Positions 33,683 to 43,258 of a DNA stretch of 64,000 bases are shown one piece after another. Position 1 is the stretch's first letter. Each line of letters starts with the position of its first letter. The notes below the pieces were generated by a model, which searched no databases, was not told where the DNA came from, and worked only from the letters and a program-made list of their open reading frames with translations. A program made the position numbers and the translations under genes. The stretch is from a phage. Where the stretch lies: sequence record PX092659.1; one strand, given 5' to 3'.

Positions 33683-33974
33683 GTTTATTATTGCACTGAT
33701 GATCTCCGCAGTTAGTTTCGGTTCTTTGGCATCTACCAAAGTTTCTATGAAAAATGGTAATGTTAAAGTCCAACAGAACGGCATTATTACCGAGTATGGT
33801 AAAGTTCGTGATGTTAGGGAACGTAATGGTAAAGTAGAAATATATACTAATAAAAACTTCTCTACTCCAGCCGTTACTATTAGCAAACGCGGTGAAATAA
33901 CCACTCAACGTACTAATAGCTCCAGTTCTTTTACTTGTCGTTATGATTGCGACTTTGAAGGTGAAGATGAATAA
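33675..33974 (+). CDS. secreted hypothetical protein
   Basis: Signal peptide MNKFIIALMISAVSFGSLAS; ends ...CRYDCDFEGEDE; listed ORF 33609.. trimmed to this ATG. Confidence 0.5.
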   Translation: MNKFIIALMISAVSFGSLASTKVSMKNGNVKVQQNGIITEYGKVRDVRERNGKVEIYTNKNFSTPAVTISKRGEITTQRTNSSSSFTCRYDCDFEGEDE

Positions 33975-34386
33975 TTTAGACCCTAGAATTAAATTTGCAA
34001 TTACAGAAATCCAAGATCAAATTGACGAGGACTTCACCGTTTGGTCAAGGTCTGGTAATGGGGAATACTGCCAGCTTTACAGCATGAAAATGGGTATCTC
34101 AATTGAGCTTAATATCAACTCTGAAGGTAGAGTAGAAGCCCAACCCATGTTCAGTGTTCCAGGCTTCTCTGGGTTTGTTGCGGGTATGAAATTATGCCTA
34201 CCAAATAACCATCTTCATCGAGTTATTTGTCAGCTAGAGACTATTAAGCATTTCTTGCCAGAAGATAATATCAATGACTACTACCATGAAGTCGTAGCAG
34301 CTCATATGATGAGAGAATGTAAACGTCGGAGAGAAGAACGTGAAAAGACTAAACATCAACAGCACAGTGCAGATTCCAGCAACTAA
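33967..34386 (+). CDS. hypothetical protein (about 139 aa)
   Basis: ATG within GATGAATAA overlap; listed ORF 33943.. trimmed. Confidence 0.5.
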   Translation: MNNLDPRIKFAITEIQDQIDEDFTVWSRSGNGEYCQLYSMKMGISIELNINSEGRVEAQPMFSVPGFSGFVAGMKLCLPNNHLHRVICQLETIKHFLPEDNINDYYHEVVAAHMMRECKRRREEREKTKHQQHSADSSN

Positions 34387-34636
34387 GGATGTTTTAACAT
34401 TCCTACGTAGTGAGAATACCCAGTTTTGGCATGACTATATTCAGGAAAATAAAAATAATCCAGACATAGTTGCTTTTGCCAAAAAACGTATTGGGGAATA
34501 TAAAGATCCAGAGATTAAAGATGGGATGATTACTATGCAGTTATGGATAGCTATGAAAACCTTTGGACCTACTATGAGTTTAGGATTTACTCCACTGTTT
34601 ACTGATATTCTAATTAATGAAAGGGATCTGAAATGA
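34340..34636 (+). CDS. hypothetical protein (98 aa)
   Basis: ORF overlapping upstream gene end. Confidence 0.4.
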   Translation: MKRLNINSTVQIPATKDVLTFLRSENTQFWHDYIQENKNNPDIVAFAKKRIGEYKDPEIKDGMITMQLWIAMKTFGPTMSLGFTPLFTDILINERDLK

Positions 34637-34917
34637 TTATCTCCCCATTTGCTCTTTGGTTCGTCATTGGATCTATAGTTGCTATTTATAGCCTGGTTGA
34701 TGATCTGTATATTTCTAAGAATAAAGATGTAATATTATACGTTATACATAAAACACGTCCACTAGATCTAGCACCTCTTGATGATACAACACTATTAAGA
34801 TGTGGTATGTCTGTGATATTTATTATGGATATTCTGCTAGGACCAGCATCTGTATTTTTCTATTACCGAAAAACTCGTAATATGAAAAAATTTAAAGCAG
34901 AAATGCAGAATAATTAA
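34633..34917 (+). CDS. small membrane protein (94 aa)
   Basis: Two hydrophobic helices. Confidence 0.45.
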   Translation: MIISPFALWFVIGSIVAIYSLVDDLYISKNKDVILYVIHKTRPLDLAPLDDTTLLRCGMSVIFIMDILLGPASVFFYYRKTRNMKKFKAEMQNN

Positions 34918-35026
34918 AGAACTCGCGTAGGACCGAGTTGCGTCACCTGCAACTGTTACGGATAAGGGAGTCGTGCCCCTTAGTGCGGTAAGTGGTGAGT
35001 TGGTCGCTGACCTTAACTGGAGATTA

Positions 35027-35372
35027 TATGACTATAGTACTAATTCTTGTTACCACTTGGTTTTTAATCGGCGCTGGGTATGCAGTAGCTATACTTAGAC
35101 ACTTAGATGAATATTCTGCTGAATGGTTCATTAAACACCTTCGTATAGACAACAAGGAGCACGAGTTTGAAAACGAAAAACAAAGAAAAGCAGTTGAAGA
35201 AATGACAGGCGAAGAATGCTTATTCTATATGCGTGCAATAGGATTCTTAGGATTATTTAGTGCTGGCCCACTAGGTTTTACCATAGCTCCTTATAAAGAA
35301 ACAGTAGACGATATTAAGTTATGGAGAAATGCAGGGGTACTGCACAAAGCTAGAAAAACTAATATTACATAA
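35027..35372 (+). CDS. membrane protein (about 115 aa)
   Basis: Start MTIVLILVTTWFLIGAGYAVAIL; listed ORF 34992.. trimmed. Confidence 0.5.
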
Positions 35373-35416
35373 GATTGACACTAAGTCAGCTTACTAGCAA
35401 AAGCAAATAATGACAA

Positions 35417-35451
35417 AGCCCAGCCTGCAAAGTTGCGACTGGGCTATTTTT
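35417..35451 (+). terminator. intrinsic terminator
   Basis: Stem agcccag/ctgggct then TTTTTAT. Confidence 0.7.
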
Positions 35452-35466
35452 ATAATAAAATTTTAG

Positions 35467-35495
35467 TTGCTTAGATGCCCAAACTTTTGTATAAT
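35467..35495 (+). promoter_or_regulatory. T5-type promoter
   Basis: TTGCTT-17-TATAAT. Confidence 0.65.
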
Positions 35496-35526
35496 ATGTT
35501 TATAGATTGAGGCAAGAGGATTAAAT

Positions 35527-36225
35527 ATGAGGATTATTTCTAAGTTCGCCGATGTTTATGATTTGCAGAACAGTTTGTTCGACCCAGATCGTGTTTGGGA
35601 ACGTAAAACTGAAGAGTTGCTGGTTAAAGTAACCGATGATGCAGAAAAGAACATTGTGCATACTCGCCAGGTATTTCGTGATGGCTCGCTATCTTTTCGT
35701 GGTGATTTCGAATATTTTGTAAACCCACTATTTGTTGCAGGTGAAGTTTACTGGTTGCACGAGCTGTACTGCTGGCATCCGGCATTTAGCTTCAAAACGT
35801 TCAACCTCGACACTATGTTCGATAAAATGGAAGAGATGGGATTGCATGCCCGCTCTTACTTAATGGATAAGAGTCGTGGAGATGTTCGTGAAACAATGCG
35901 TGATTTGCTCATTGAAGCAAAACCTAAAGCAGAACGTATCTTGTCCGAACTGCGTGTACCGATTGCATATGTGAAAGGTATTAAAAAGAACGATAATGAT
36001 GATGTTCGTAACTTCGTGATTCAGACTAACATTCGTTTCCATCAGTCAGGTATTCCGTGGCAGGAAATTGAAAGTAACTTATATCGTTTACACCAGATGA
36101 TCGAGCAATATATCTGGGGCGTGTTAGGAACCGGTGAGCCTGATATGATTACCACTTCCGATAAGGATCGCTTAACCGCACATGGATTTGATACTGTTAC
36201 TTCTTTTAGGAATATGAAAAGATGA
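35527..36225 (+). CDS. hypothetical protein (232 aa)
   Basis: ORF with GAGG RBS. Confidence 0.55.
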   Translation: MRIISKFADVYDLQNSLFDPDRVWERKTEELLVKVTDDAEKNIVHTRQVFRDGSLSFRGDFEYFVNPLFVAGEVYWLHELYCWHPAFSFKTFNLDTMFDKMEEMGLHARSYLMDKSRGDVRETMRDLLIEAKPKAERILSELRVPIAYVKGIKKNDNDDVRNFVIQTNIRFHQSGIPWQEIESNLYRLHQMIEQYIWGVLGTGEPDMITTSDKDRLTAHGFDTVTSFRNMKR

Positions 36226-36719
36226 TCAGTAAGGAAGAGCTAAGAAGAATGTTCGATTACCAAGAAGATGGTAATCTTATCTGGAAACCCAGGGAAGGGG
36301 ACGAACATTTTAATAAGATATTCGCCGGAACAGTAGCAGGATCTAGACAAAGTACAGGGCATAGAGTAGTTGAACTATATAATGGTTCCATAGCTATAGG
36401 GGCACATAGATTAATCTATGCATGGCATACTGGAGAATGGCCTGAAATAGTTGATCACAAGGATAAAGACCCAACTAATGATAGATTTGAGAATCTAAGA
36501 CCTGCTACAAGATCTGATAATGCTTGTAACCAAAAAGTAAGAAGCGATAACCATTTAGGCGTTAAAAATATCCATAGAAAAACAAATGGGACTTACCAAG
36601 TAAGAATTACCAAACACGGTAAGCAAGTTTCGAAAACACTTAAGAGTTTGGAAGAGGCTATAAAATGGCGGGATACCAAACTCAAAGAACTCCACGGTGA
36701 GTTTGCGAGTACAGGCTAA
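36222..36719 (+). CDS. HNH homing endonuclease
   Basis: HRLIYAWHTGEWPEIVDHKDKDPTNDRFENLRPATRSDN...GTYQVRITKHGKQV (HNH_3 plus AP2-like). Confidence 0.75.
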   Translation: MISKEELRRMFDYQEDGNLIWKPREGDEHFNKIFAGTVAGSRQSTGHRVVELYNGSIAIGAHRLIYAWHTGEWPEIVDHKDKDPTNDRFENLRPATRSDNACNQKVRSDNHLGVKNIHRKTNGTYQVRITKHGKQVSKTLKSLEEAIKWRDTKLKELHGEFASTG

Positions 36720-37162
36720 TGCGGAAATGGTTTGTAGACTTAGTTTGGAATAACAAGATATACATCCTGGGAGCAGGTCTAGCGATAGGCATCGGGTTCG
36801 GTGCTTATCACTTAGTAGATAAAGTGGAGACTTTAGCAGGAGATCTTGCGGTAGCTACTAAAAAGATTTCTTCTCTAGAAACCTCCCTTAATAAGGTGAA
36901 AGCTGAAAGCGAACTTCGTGAGACTAGAATGAATCAGTATTTCACGATGAATAATATTTCTCAAGCAGACTTAGATAAGAAAATTGGTCAGCTTGATAAG
37001 GCACTTAGCCGCCAAGATATTATAGCTGCAAAGCCCGGATTGGTAACATTAATTGCTAAAAAGCAGAGTAAAGAGTTCGAGGAAAGATTAGCGTGTTTAA
37101 CTGGAAACTTGGAATACTGCTCGCAGCCGCAATCACAATCACAGGCTGTGCACAAGAAATAG
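36719..37162 (+). CDS. membrane-anchored coiled-coil protein (147 aa)
   Basis: N-terminal TM helix; overlaps next ORF by ~70 nt, so one boundary is uncertain. Confidence 0.45.
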   Translation: MRKWFVDLVWNNKIYILGAGLAIGIGFGAYHLVDKVETLAGDLAVATKKISSLETSLNKVKAESELRETRMNQYFTMNNISQADLDKKIGQLDKALSRQDIIAAKPGLVTLIAKKQSKEFEERLACLTGNLEYCSQPQSQSQAVHKK

Positions 37163-37446
37163 AGTCAGAACCCACACACGAGCTACCAACAGCTCATGTA
37201 GACTGGCCTAAAGGACTTCAACCTTGTAGCTTTGACTTTAAGTTTGAAAAGAAATTAGCTACAAATGGAGAAGATGGCGTAGTAGTTGTTGTACCATATA
37301 AAGATTGGAATGCAAAAGCAAAATGTGAGGAAGCAGTTTACTCTTACATTTCACGACTGACTGGTATGGTTTGCTTCTATCGTCAAGATTTACAAGAAAA
37401 ACGTTGCTTAGTTTACTATCCACCCATTACAAATAGGAAAGATTAA
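37093..37446 (+). CDS. lipoprotein (117 aa)
   Basis: Signal peptide with lipobox ITGC. Confidence 0.45.
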   Translation: MFNWKLGILLAAAITITGCAQEIESEPTHELPTAHVDWPKGLQPCSFDFKFEKKLATNGEDGVVVVVPYKDWNAKAKCEEAVYSYISRLTGMVCFYRQDLQEKRCLVYYPPITNRKD

Positions 37447-38198
37447 TGTCAGTATTAGTCGGTTTACATGGTGAAGCTGGTTCGGGAAAAGATACCGTTG
37501 CAAAATTAATTATCGATTGGTGTAATGACACGTATCCAACGTGTTTATCCCGTCGTTACCGTTTTGCTAAGCCCGTTTATGAACTTGCATCCGTAATCCT
37601 CGGTGTAACTCCAGAGTTTCTAGGAGAGCGCAGAGGAAAAGAGATTGACCAATGGTTTACGGTCACACAATCTCAATTGGAGCGAGCCAGAGATGTGTGG
37701 TTTAAGTACGGTATCGATAAGTTTGAAGACTTCTCGTACGTTTGGCCTATTTTTGAGGAAAAATATCTTAATCCTCAACAACTTATCTCAGAGAATAAAG
37801 AAGACGGACTTTATAGTTTATTTATTTCTCCGAGAAAAATGTTACAGCTCATAGGGACAGAGCTAGGAAGGCAGCTGGTGCATGAACGCATTTGGCTCAT
37901 AATTCTGGAGCAATCCATCGCTAAAGACGACCCAGATGTCGCCGTAATAACAGATGTTAGATTCCCCAATGAAGGAGAGTTACTCAGAGAAACAAACCAT
38001 TTAGATATGGATTCTTTGATAGTAAATGTAGTACCCGCTGAGCAGAAGTTCACTATTAAATCAGATCATCCATCTGAAAGTGGTATTCCTGCAAAATATA
38101 TTACTCACGAATTAGTTAATAAATTCGATGGTATCAATAACCTTAAACTAGAAGTTTATAACTTCTGTGACTTAGAGCTAGAACCACTAGTTGGATAA
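37446..38198 (+). CDS. dnk: P-loop kinase, dNMP-kinase-like
   Basis: Walker A GEAGSGKDT at N-terminus; 250 aa. Confidence 0.65.
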   Translation: MSVLVGLHGEAGSGKDTVAKLIIDWCNDTYPTCLSRRYRFAKPVYELASVILGVTPEFLGERRGKEIDQWFTVTQSQLERARDVWFKYGIDKFEDFSYVWPIFEEKYLNPQQLISENKEDGLYSLFISPRKMLQLIGTELGRQLVHERIWLIILEQSIAKDDPDVAVITDVRFPNEGELLRETNHLDMDSLIVNVVPAEQKFTIKSDHPSESGIPAKYITHELVNKFDGINNLKLEVYNFCDLELEPLVG

Positions 38199-38210
38199 TC
38201 AAGGATCGCT

Positions 38211-38810
38211 ATGACTAATAAAAAAGAAGAAAAGACTAACCTGTTTCACTCCATTCGCCAATCTAATGAGTATACCTTTTTCTTTGATGAAGAATTAGGC
38301 CCGCCGGATGAATACCGTGATTTATCAATGGTACTTATGCAGGCAAATGAGGACGACGAAATTAATCTGATGATTAATGGCCCTGGTGGTTATGTTGATA
38401 CTGCTGCACAGTTATCTAACTTAATTGCTAATTGCCGTGGAACAGTTATAGGACACCTGATTGGTCCTAGTGCTTCTGCTTACTGCACAATTTTCCTATC
38501 CTGTCATGGATGGGTAGTACATCCACATGCTACGCTAATGGGACACACGTTCTCTGGCGGATTCTGTGAGAAGGGTCAAGAAATCAAGAAAGCCTATGAA
38601 TCTTACAACAAGTTCGTAGAAGATATGATGCTAGATGTCTACTATCCGTTCTTCTCAATAGACGAAATCGACGAGATGGTAAAAGACAACAAAAATATCT
38701 ATCTAGATAGCAAAGAAATCCATAAGCGTATTGAAATCTTGGCAAAATATCGATCTGAGCAATATAATAAAGCCCAGTTACCTCAATCCGAGGAGCATAA
38801 CGAAGAGTAA
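38211..38810 (+). CDS. ClpP-like serine protease
   Basis: MINGPGGYV and GPSASAY motifs resemble ClpP INSPGG / catalytic Ser region. Confidence 0.55.
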   Translation: MTNKKEEKTNLFHSIRQSNEYTFFFDEELGPPDEYRDLSMVLMQANEDDEINLMINGPGGYVDTAAQLSNLIANCRGTVIGHLIGPSASAYCTIFLSCHGWVVHPHATLMGHTFSGGFCEKGQEIKKAYESYNKFVEDMMLDVYYPFFSIDEIDEMVKDNKNIYLDSKEIHKRIEILAKYRSEQYNKAQLPQSEEHNEE

Positions 38811-38820
38811 GTAATTTTAA

Positions 38821-38850
38821 GCCAGGGTTTAACGACCCTGGCTTTTCTTT
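38821..38850 (+). terminator. intrinsic terminator
   Basis: Stem gccagggt/accctggc then TTTTCTTTT. Confidence 0.7.
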
Positions 38851-38913
38851 TATCTAAAATTCTTCTTGACAACGACAAAATTTTATGCTCCAGAAGTGAT
38901 CTTTAAAAACACA

Positions 38914-38942
38914 TTGTAATTTTCCTCCAAAATTAGTATAAT
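38914..38942 (+). promoter_or_regulatory. sigma70-type promoter upstream of the lysis genes
   Basis: TTGTAA-17-TATAAT; differs from the TTGCTA early family. Confidence 0.55.
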
Positions 38943-38966
38943 GGTACTGGTTAGAGGAGGTTACAA

Positions 38967-39623
38967 TTGGAAAAGTTCTTACAATTATTAACGGTACTGC
39001 TCCAAGAAGCGAAAGATCCAGCATCGCTTCTTAAACGTCTGCTAACTATCTTAGTTGCTGTCATTATTTTCTTATTTGTTAGTAATACTAGTGAGGTGAT
39101 GTCGTTCTTAAAGACTTTCTCCACGTCTGCGGTTCTACAGGATGTTCAAACTCAAAGGATAAGTAATTTTCCTAACGTAGCTAGAGAAAAGAGCATGGTG
39201 CTTTTTTCCCAAACGGGTGCGGATGCTGTTTTTGTAGTCAAGTATAAACCCGATGCCATTAATGATTATTCTAACATTATTGCATGGGAAAGCAATGCGC
39301 AATTAGATAGGGCTGACTTGGCCGATAAAGCGGTAAATAAGACGTCTGAGCTATATAGACGTCACTTAGACGGCTTTAACTACGCATCGGATTTAAGTGT
39401 AAAAGTAAATAAATACATGGGGTTAAATATACCTGCGTTTAAGAACGTTACTTTTAATTACATATACACTTGTCCGTACTTCAATCTAAACAATATCTAT
39501 GCTGGATATATTGGTATTGCTTGGAAAGATAATCCTGTAGATGCAGCCGATTCTGAGAAATTTAACGAGTATTTAACAAAGCTCTGTTCCCCACAACAGA
39601 GATCTTTAGGTAGATCAATATGA
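38967..39623 (+). CDS. hol: putative holin
   Basis: TTG start after GAGGAGG; single N-terminal TM helix; overlaps endolysin start. Confidence 0.55.
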   Translation: MEKFLQLLTVLLQEAKDPASLLKRLLTILVAVIIFLFVSNTSEVMSFLKTFSTSAVLQDVQTQRISNFPNVAREKSMVLFSQTGADAVFVVKYKPDAINDYSNIIAWESNAQLDRADLADKAVNKTSELYRRHLDGFNYASDLSVKVNKYMGLNIPAFKNVTFNYIYTCPYFNLNNIYAGYIGIAWKDNPVDAADSEKFNEYLTKLCSPQQRSLGRSI

Positions 39624-40033
39624 GTTTTAAATTTGGTAAAAATAGCGAAAAACAATTAGCTACCGTTAAGCCAGAGCTACAAAAAGTAGCTCGTAGAGCT
39701 TTAGAATTATCTCCTTATGATTTCACGATCGTACAGGGTATTCGTACAGTAGCACAAAGTGCCCAGAATATTGCTAATGGTACTTCATTCTTAAAAGATC
39801 CTAGTAAAAGCAAGCATATTACTGGGGATGCTCTTGATTTTGCTCCATACATTAATGGTAAGATTGATTGGAATGATTTAGAAGCATTTTGGGCAGTTAA
39901 AAAGGCTTTTGAACAAGCAGGTAAAGAACTAGGCATTAAACTTCGTTTTGGTGCTGATTGGAATGCTTCTGGAGACTATCACGATGAAATAAAACGTGGT
40001 ACCTATGATGGCGGTCATGTCGAACTAGTTTAA
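39620..40033 (+). CDS. lys: endolysin, zinc-dependent L-alanyl-D-glutamate peptidase (M15-type)
   Basis: 137 aa; zinc ligands in SKHITGDALD and DGGHVEL. Confidence 0.8.
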   Translation: MSFKFGKNSEKQLATVKPELQKVARRALELSPYDFTIVQGIRTVAQSAQNIANGTSFLKDPSKSKHITGDALDFAPYINGKIDWNDLEAFWAVKKAFEQAGKELGIKLRFGADWNASGDYHDEIKRGTYDGGHVELV

Positions 40034-40044
40034 TTAATAACTTA

Positions 40045-40067
40045 GGCGGGAGTATTCCCGCCTTTTT
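40045..40067 (+). terminator. intrinsic terminator after lys
   Basis: Stem ggcggga/tcccgcc then TTTTT. Confidence 0.7.
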
Positions 40068-40110
40068 AGGCAAAGGGGGCTTTAATAATTTTTGAAGATA
40101 GGAGAAAGCC

Positions 40111-40527
40111 ATGTTTGCAGAACTATTCACTATGATGCTGCTAGGTATCTGGAAAATAAGTCTAGTAGTATTCGTTTTAATGATAGTCTTTACTATCATT
40201 GCATTAACTACCAGAAATAGCTTATTAATAAAGGTTATTCACGGACTAGAGTATATAATTATGGGTTCATTCGGCGTTTGTAAATGCAATTGCCATAGAG
40301 ATACGAAATATTGTTGGTTATGGATGGAACTAGAGAATCCCATATCCATAGCTTTGGCTGTTTCATTCGGTATGATTCTTATGGCCCTTACTCTAGCATT
40401 AATACCTTTGATGTTAGCTGGGGGAGTTACAGCGTATTTCACCCTTTTCTCCCCGATACTTATGTACTCAATTTACCCAATAACTATGTATCTAGTTAGG
40501 AAAAGATTTATACATGTAGTAGATTAA
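40111..40527 (+). CDS. polytopic membrane protein (138 aa)
   Basis: Four predicted hydrophobic helices. Confidence 0.5.
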   Translation: MFAELFTMMLLGIWKISLVVFVLMIVFTIIALTTRNSLLIKVIHGLEYIIMGSFGVCKCNCHRDTKYCWLWMELENPISIALAVSFGMILMALTLALIPLMLAGGVTAYFTLFSPILMYSIYPITMYLVRKRFIHVVD

Positions 40528-40540
40528 GATAAAAAAGTAG

Positions 40541-40569
40541 TTGACTTTTAGCCCTAGTTATTATATAAT
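40541..40569 (+). promoter_or_regulatory. T5-type promoter
   Basis: TTGACT-17-TATAAT. Confidence 0.65.
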
Positions 40570-40602
40570 ATATACATAAATTAGTTAAGAGAGGTATATA
40601 TT

Positions 40603-41034
40603 ATGTCTGATCGTTTCTATACTCAAATGGCGGAACATTTTCGTATACCACATTACGAGCTAAACATTGCACTCCGTGATCATGACTCTCCTGAGTACAA
40701 AAAGCTCGAAAAGAAAGCGGAAAAATCTATTGATACAAAGGTAGGTGCATCTATGTCTAAGGGCAAAAAGTTAACTCGTCTTGATCTTAATAAAATTTTA
40801 ACTGAACTTTTGGGTACTGATATTGAAGGTGCTAAATTACCACTTCTTGTACTAGAGACTATGATTAAAAAGGTCAAAAATAAAGAATATAAGAAGGTAG
40901 AAGTCCCGGAAGGCAGATTAAAGGCTCCTTATCAGGAAGCATTAACTGAGTGTTTGGGTGTAAATCTTGATCTGAGCACCGCAACCGTAAAAACTATGAA
41001 AAACTTCTTAGAGGCCATTAATAACTATGAGTAA
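40603..41034 (+). CDS. hypothetical protein (143 aa)
   Basis: ORF with GAGAGG RBS. Confidence 0.5.
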   Translation: MSDRFYTQMAEHFRIPHYELNIALRDHDSPEYKKLEKKAEKSIDTKVGASMSKGKKLTRLDLNKILTELLGTDIEGAKLPLLVLETMIKKVKNKEYKKVEVPEGRLKAPYQEALTECLGVNLDLSTATVKTMKNFLEAINNYE

Positions 41035-41317
41035 ATTAGTATATCTATTAAAAGGTTCCACCTGTAACCCGTGTAAACTTTTCGAGCCAGTATTTGATAA
41101 AGTAGTCAATGACTATAATTTGGAAGTCCATAAAGAGACTGATAATACAGAATTAATGCAGAAATTTGGTGTACGCCAAGTTCCTGTAGTAGTTCTAGCG
41201 GATCGCTTACCTAATGGTCGAGTAGAAGCTAATCATATTTTGATTGGACGTCAGCTTCGTAAAGAAACTATGCACGAAGCTATTAAAAACTTCCTGGAGG
41301 ATAATCCAGAAGATTAA
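41027..41317 (+). CDS. thioredoxin/glutaredoxin-like protein
   Basis: CNPC redox motif near N-terminus. Confidence 0.55.
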   Translation: MSKLVYLLKGSTCNPCKLFEPVFDKVVNDYNLEVHKETDNTELMQKFGVRQVPVVVLADRLPNGRVEANHILIGRQLRKETMHEAIKNFLEDNPED

Positions 41318-41324
41318 TAAACCA

Positions 41325-41356
41325 AGCCTGATCTTAGCGGATCAGGCTTTTATTTT
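41325..41356 (+). terminator. intrinsic terminator
   Basis: Stem agcctgatc/gatcaggct then TTTTATTTT. Confidence 0.7.
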
Positions 41357-41358
41357 AC

Positions 41359-41387
41359 TTGCTTTTTGCTAAAAATTTTGGTATAAT
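41359..41387 (+). promoter_or_regulatory. T5-type promoter
   Basis: TTGCTT-17-TATAAT. Confidence 0.65.
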
Positions 41388-41420
41388 ACTTATATAAATT
41401 GATGAGAAGGCTATCTTCGT

Positions 41421-41855
41421 ATGGGTTCTAGTCATACTAAGGGCTATCTACGCACTACAAGAAATAGGAGTATTCCAATGAACTATGCATATCTTATTAT
41501 TAATAATAACGTAGTTTGTGGTACTCGCGCTGTTGAGATGGGTATTACAGAAGAAAAGTATAAGTCACTTCCAGAAAAGGAACAACAATATTATGTTGAA
41601 GAAGCTGCTTGGGAGTATGCTGAGGTTTATCCCGAAGAACGTGAAGATCGTCTTACTCTTGTTGTGTCTCTGGGTTTGGTTGGCTGTGATACCGAAGTTG
41701 ATACAGACCTAGAGACTTTAGAGGAGTGGGAAGAGTTAGATATTTCAGCTAAAAACTCCTTAATCCGTGAAGCCTTTTGGGAAGCTGTAGATTGCCATGT
41801 AGTATTTGAGCCTAATGATGAAGAGGCTGAAAAACATACTAACCATTGGAGATAA
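41421..41855 (+). CDS. hypothetical acidic protein (144 aa or shorter)
   Basis: ORF; internal Met at MNYAYLI may be the true start. Confidence 0.45.
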   Translation: MGSSHTKGYLRTTRNRSIPMNYAYLIINNNVVCGTRAVEMGITEEKYKSLPEKEQQYYVEEAAWEYAEVYPEEREDRLTLVVSLGLVGCDTEVDTDLETLEEWEELDISAKNSLIREAFWEAVDCHVVFEPNDEEAEKHTNHWR

Positions 41856-41859
41856 TTAA

Positions 41860-42105
41860 ATGTTAGCGGAACAAGCAAAACGTTTAGCTAGAATAAATAG
41901 AGCCGCGTCCCTTAAGAGCCGAAAGAAAACGTATAGATGGGTTAAGCGAAGGATAGTATCTTCTGTCGAGATTGGAGGTTCTTTTGTACAGCTTAATCGT
42001 GACGAAATTAGTTATGAAGCTATAAAAGCCCTCTATAAAGATGGTTATACTCTAAAACTATCAAATAATTATGGTACAACTATTTTAAATGTTATTTGGG
42101 AATAA
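41860..42105 (+). CDS. hypothetical protein (81 aa)
   Basis: ORF in array. Confidence 0.45.
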   Translation: MLAEQAKRLARINRAASLKSRKKTYRWVKRRIVSSVEIGGSFVQLNRDEISYEAIKALYKDGYTLKLSNNYGTTILNVIWE

Positions 42106-42107
42106 TT

Positions 42108-42971
42108 ATGAAAAAAGAATTTAATGTGCATAAAACACTAGTAGTACCTGATGATGTTAACTTATTCTTTGTTGGTGATATTCATGGATGCAACGATTTA
42201 CTAGAAGATGCATTACAATTAGCTGGCTATAACGGCAAGAAAGACTGCGTTGTATGCGTTGGGGATTTAATTGATCGAGGCACGCAGAACCTACAAGTTT
42301 TAGCCAAATTCCTGTATAATCCACGCTTTATCAGTGTCCGTGGTAATCATGACCAATTTATGATTGTGGGAGATTGGGCTAACTGGATGTATAACGGTGG
42401 TATGTGGGCCATGAATGAACTAGATGCAGATACCATTAAAAATATTGCTGAAGACATGGCTGAAAAAATGCCAGTATTTCTGACTGTATTGCATCGTGGT
42501 AAAAAGTATGGTGTTGTTCATGGTGGTGTACCTTTTACGTACAAAGAATGCGGTAACGAAGTAGAAACCCCAGTATGGGATAGCCTTATTGCACAAGTAG
42601 AAGCAGCTAAGGAAGATCCACATGACCATCCTGGATACCATGTTGAGCCATACTTATGGGATCGAGATGTAATCCAAGAAATAGGTTTTCACTTAGCTAA
42701 AAATGGTGAAGAACACTCACATTTCCAGCGTTATGCAGGGTTTAAAGAGAAATACATGGTAGAAGTACCTCCGGTTAATGGAGTAGACTTTGTATTTCAT
42801 GGGCATACCGGAGTACCTTACCCGATTTTATACCAGAACCGTGTTTACCTAGATACCGGCGGTGTTTTCAACGGGCAGTTGACGGTTGCGCAGGTTAACG
42901 ATGAAACTGGCAAAATCACCACATTTACCACAGACAAAAATGATAGCTGCGGTGTACAGAGGATCCTTTAA
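42108..42971 (+). CDS. Ser/Thr protein phosphatase (PPP/lambda-PPase-like)
   Basis: GDIHGC, GDLIDRG, RGNHD metallophosphatase motifs. Confidence 0.8.
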   Translation: MKKEFNVHKTLVVPDDVNLFFVGDIHGCNDLLEDALQLAGYNGKKDCVVCVGDLIDRGTQNLQVLAKFLYNPRFISVRGNHDQFMIVGDWANWMYNGGMWAMNELDADTIKNIAEDMAEKMPVFLTVLHRGKKYGVVHGGVPFTYKECGNEVETPVWDSLIAQVEAAKEDPHDHPGYHVEPYLWDRDVIQEIGFHLAKNGEEHSHFQRYAGFKEKYMVEVPPVNGVDFVFHGHTGVPYPILYQNRVYLDTGGVFNGQLTVAQVNDETGKITTFTTDKNDSCGVQRIL

Positions 42972-43258
42972 TGAATGATAGAATGAAAGAAGTACAAGAA
43001 GAATTACGAGCAATGCGTATTGATGCCCTTCGTTGGAGGGCATTAGTTAATGCTTTCGTCAAAGGAGACACCGGAGTAATATATTCTGGAATAGCAGTCA
43101 ATTTTTGTTTTAATTCTCCTGCTGAAATAGAGATAGAAACAAGGCTTACTACCTACCTTAATGAGGTAGACCTTAAGGAAGGAGAGACTCCCGAGGAGTT
43201 TAAAACTAGAGTATTAACTACCTGGGTTGATAACTTAATACAAAAAAGGAGTAAGTGA
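42971..43258 (+). CDS. hypothetical protein (95 aa)
   Basis: ORF, ATGA overlap. Confidence 0.45.
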   Translation: MNDRMKEVQEELRAMRIDALRWRALVNAFVKGDTGVIYSGIAVNFCFNSPAEIEIETRLTTYLNEVDLKEGETPEEFKTRVLTTWVDNLIQKRSK

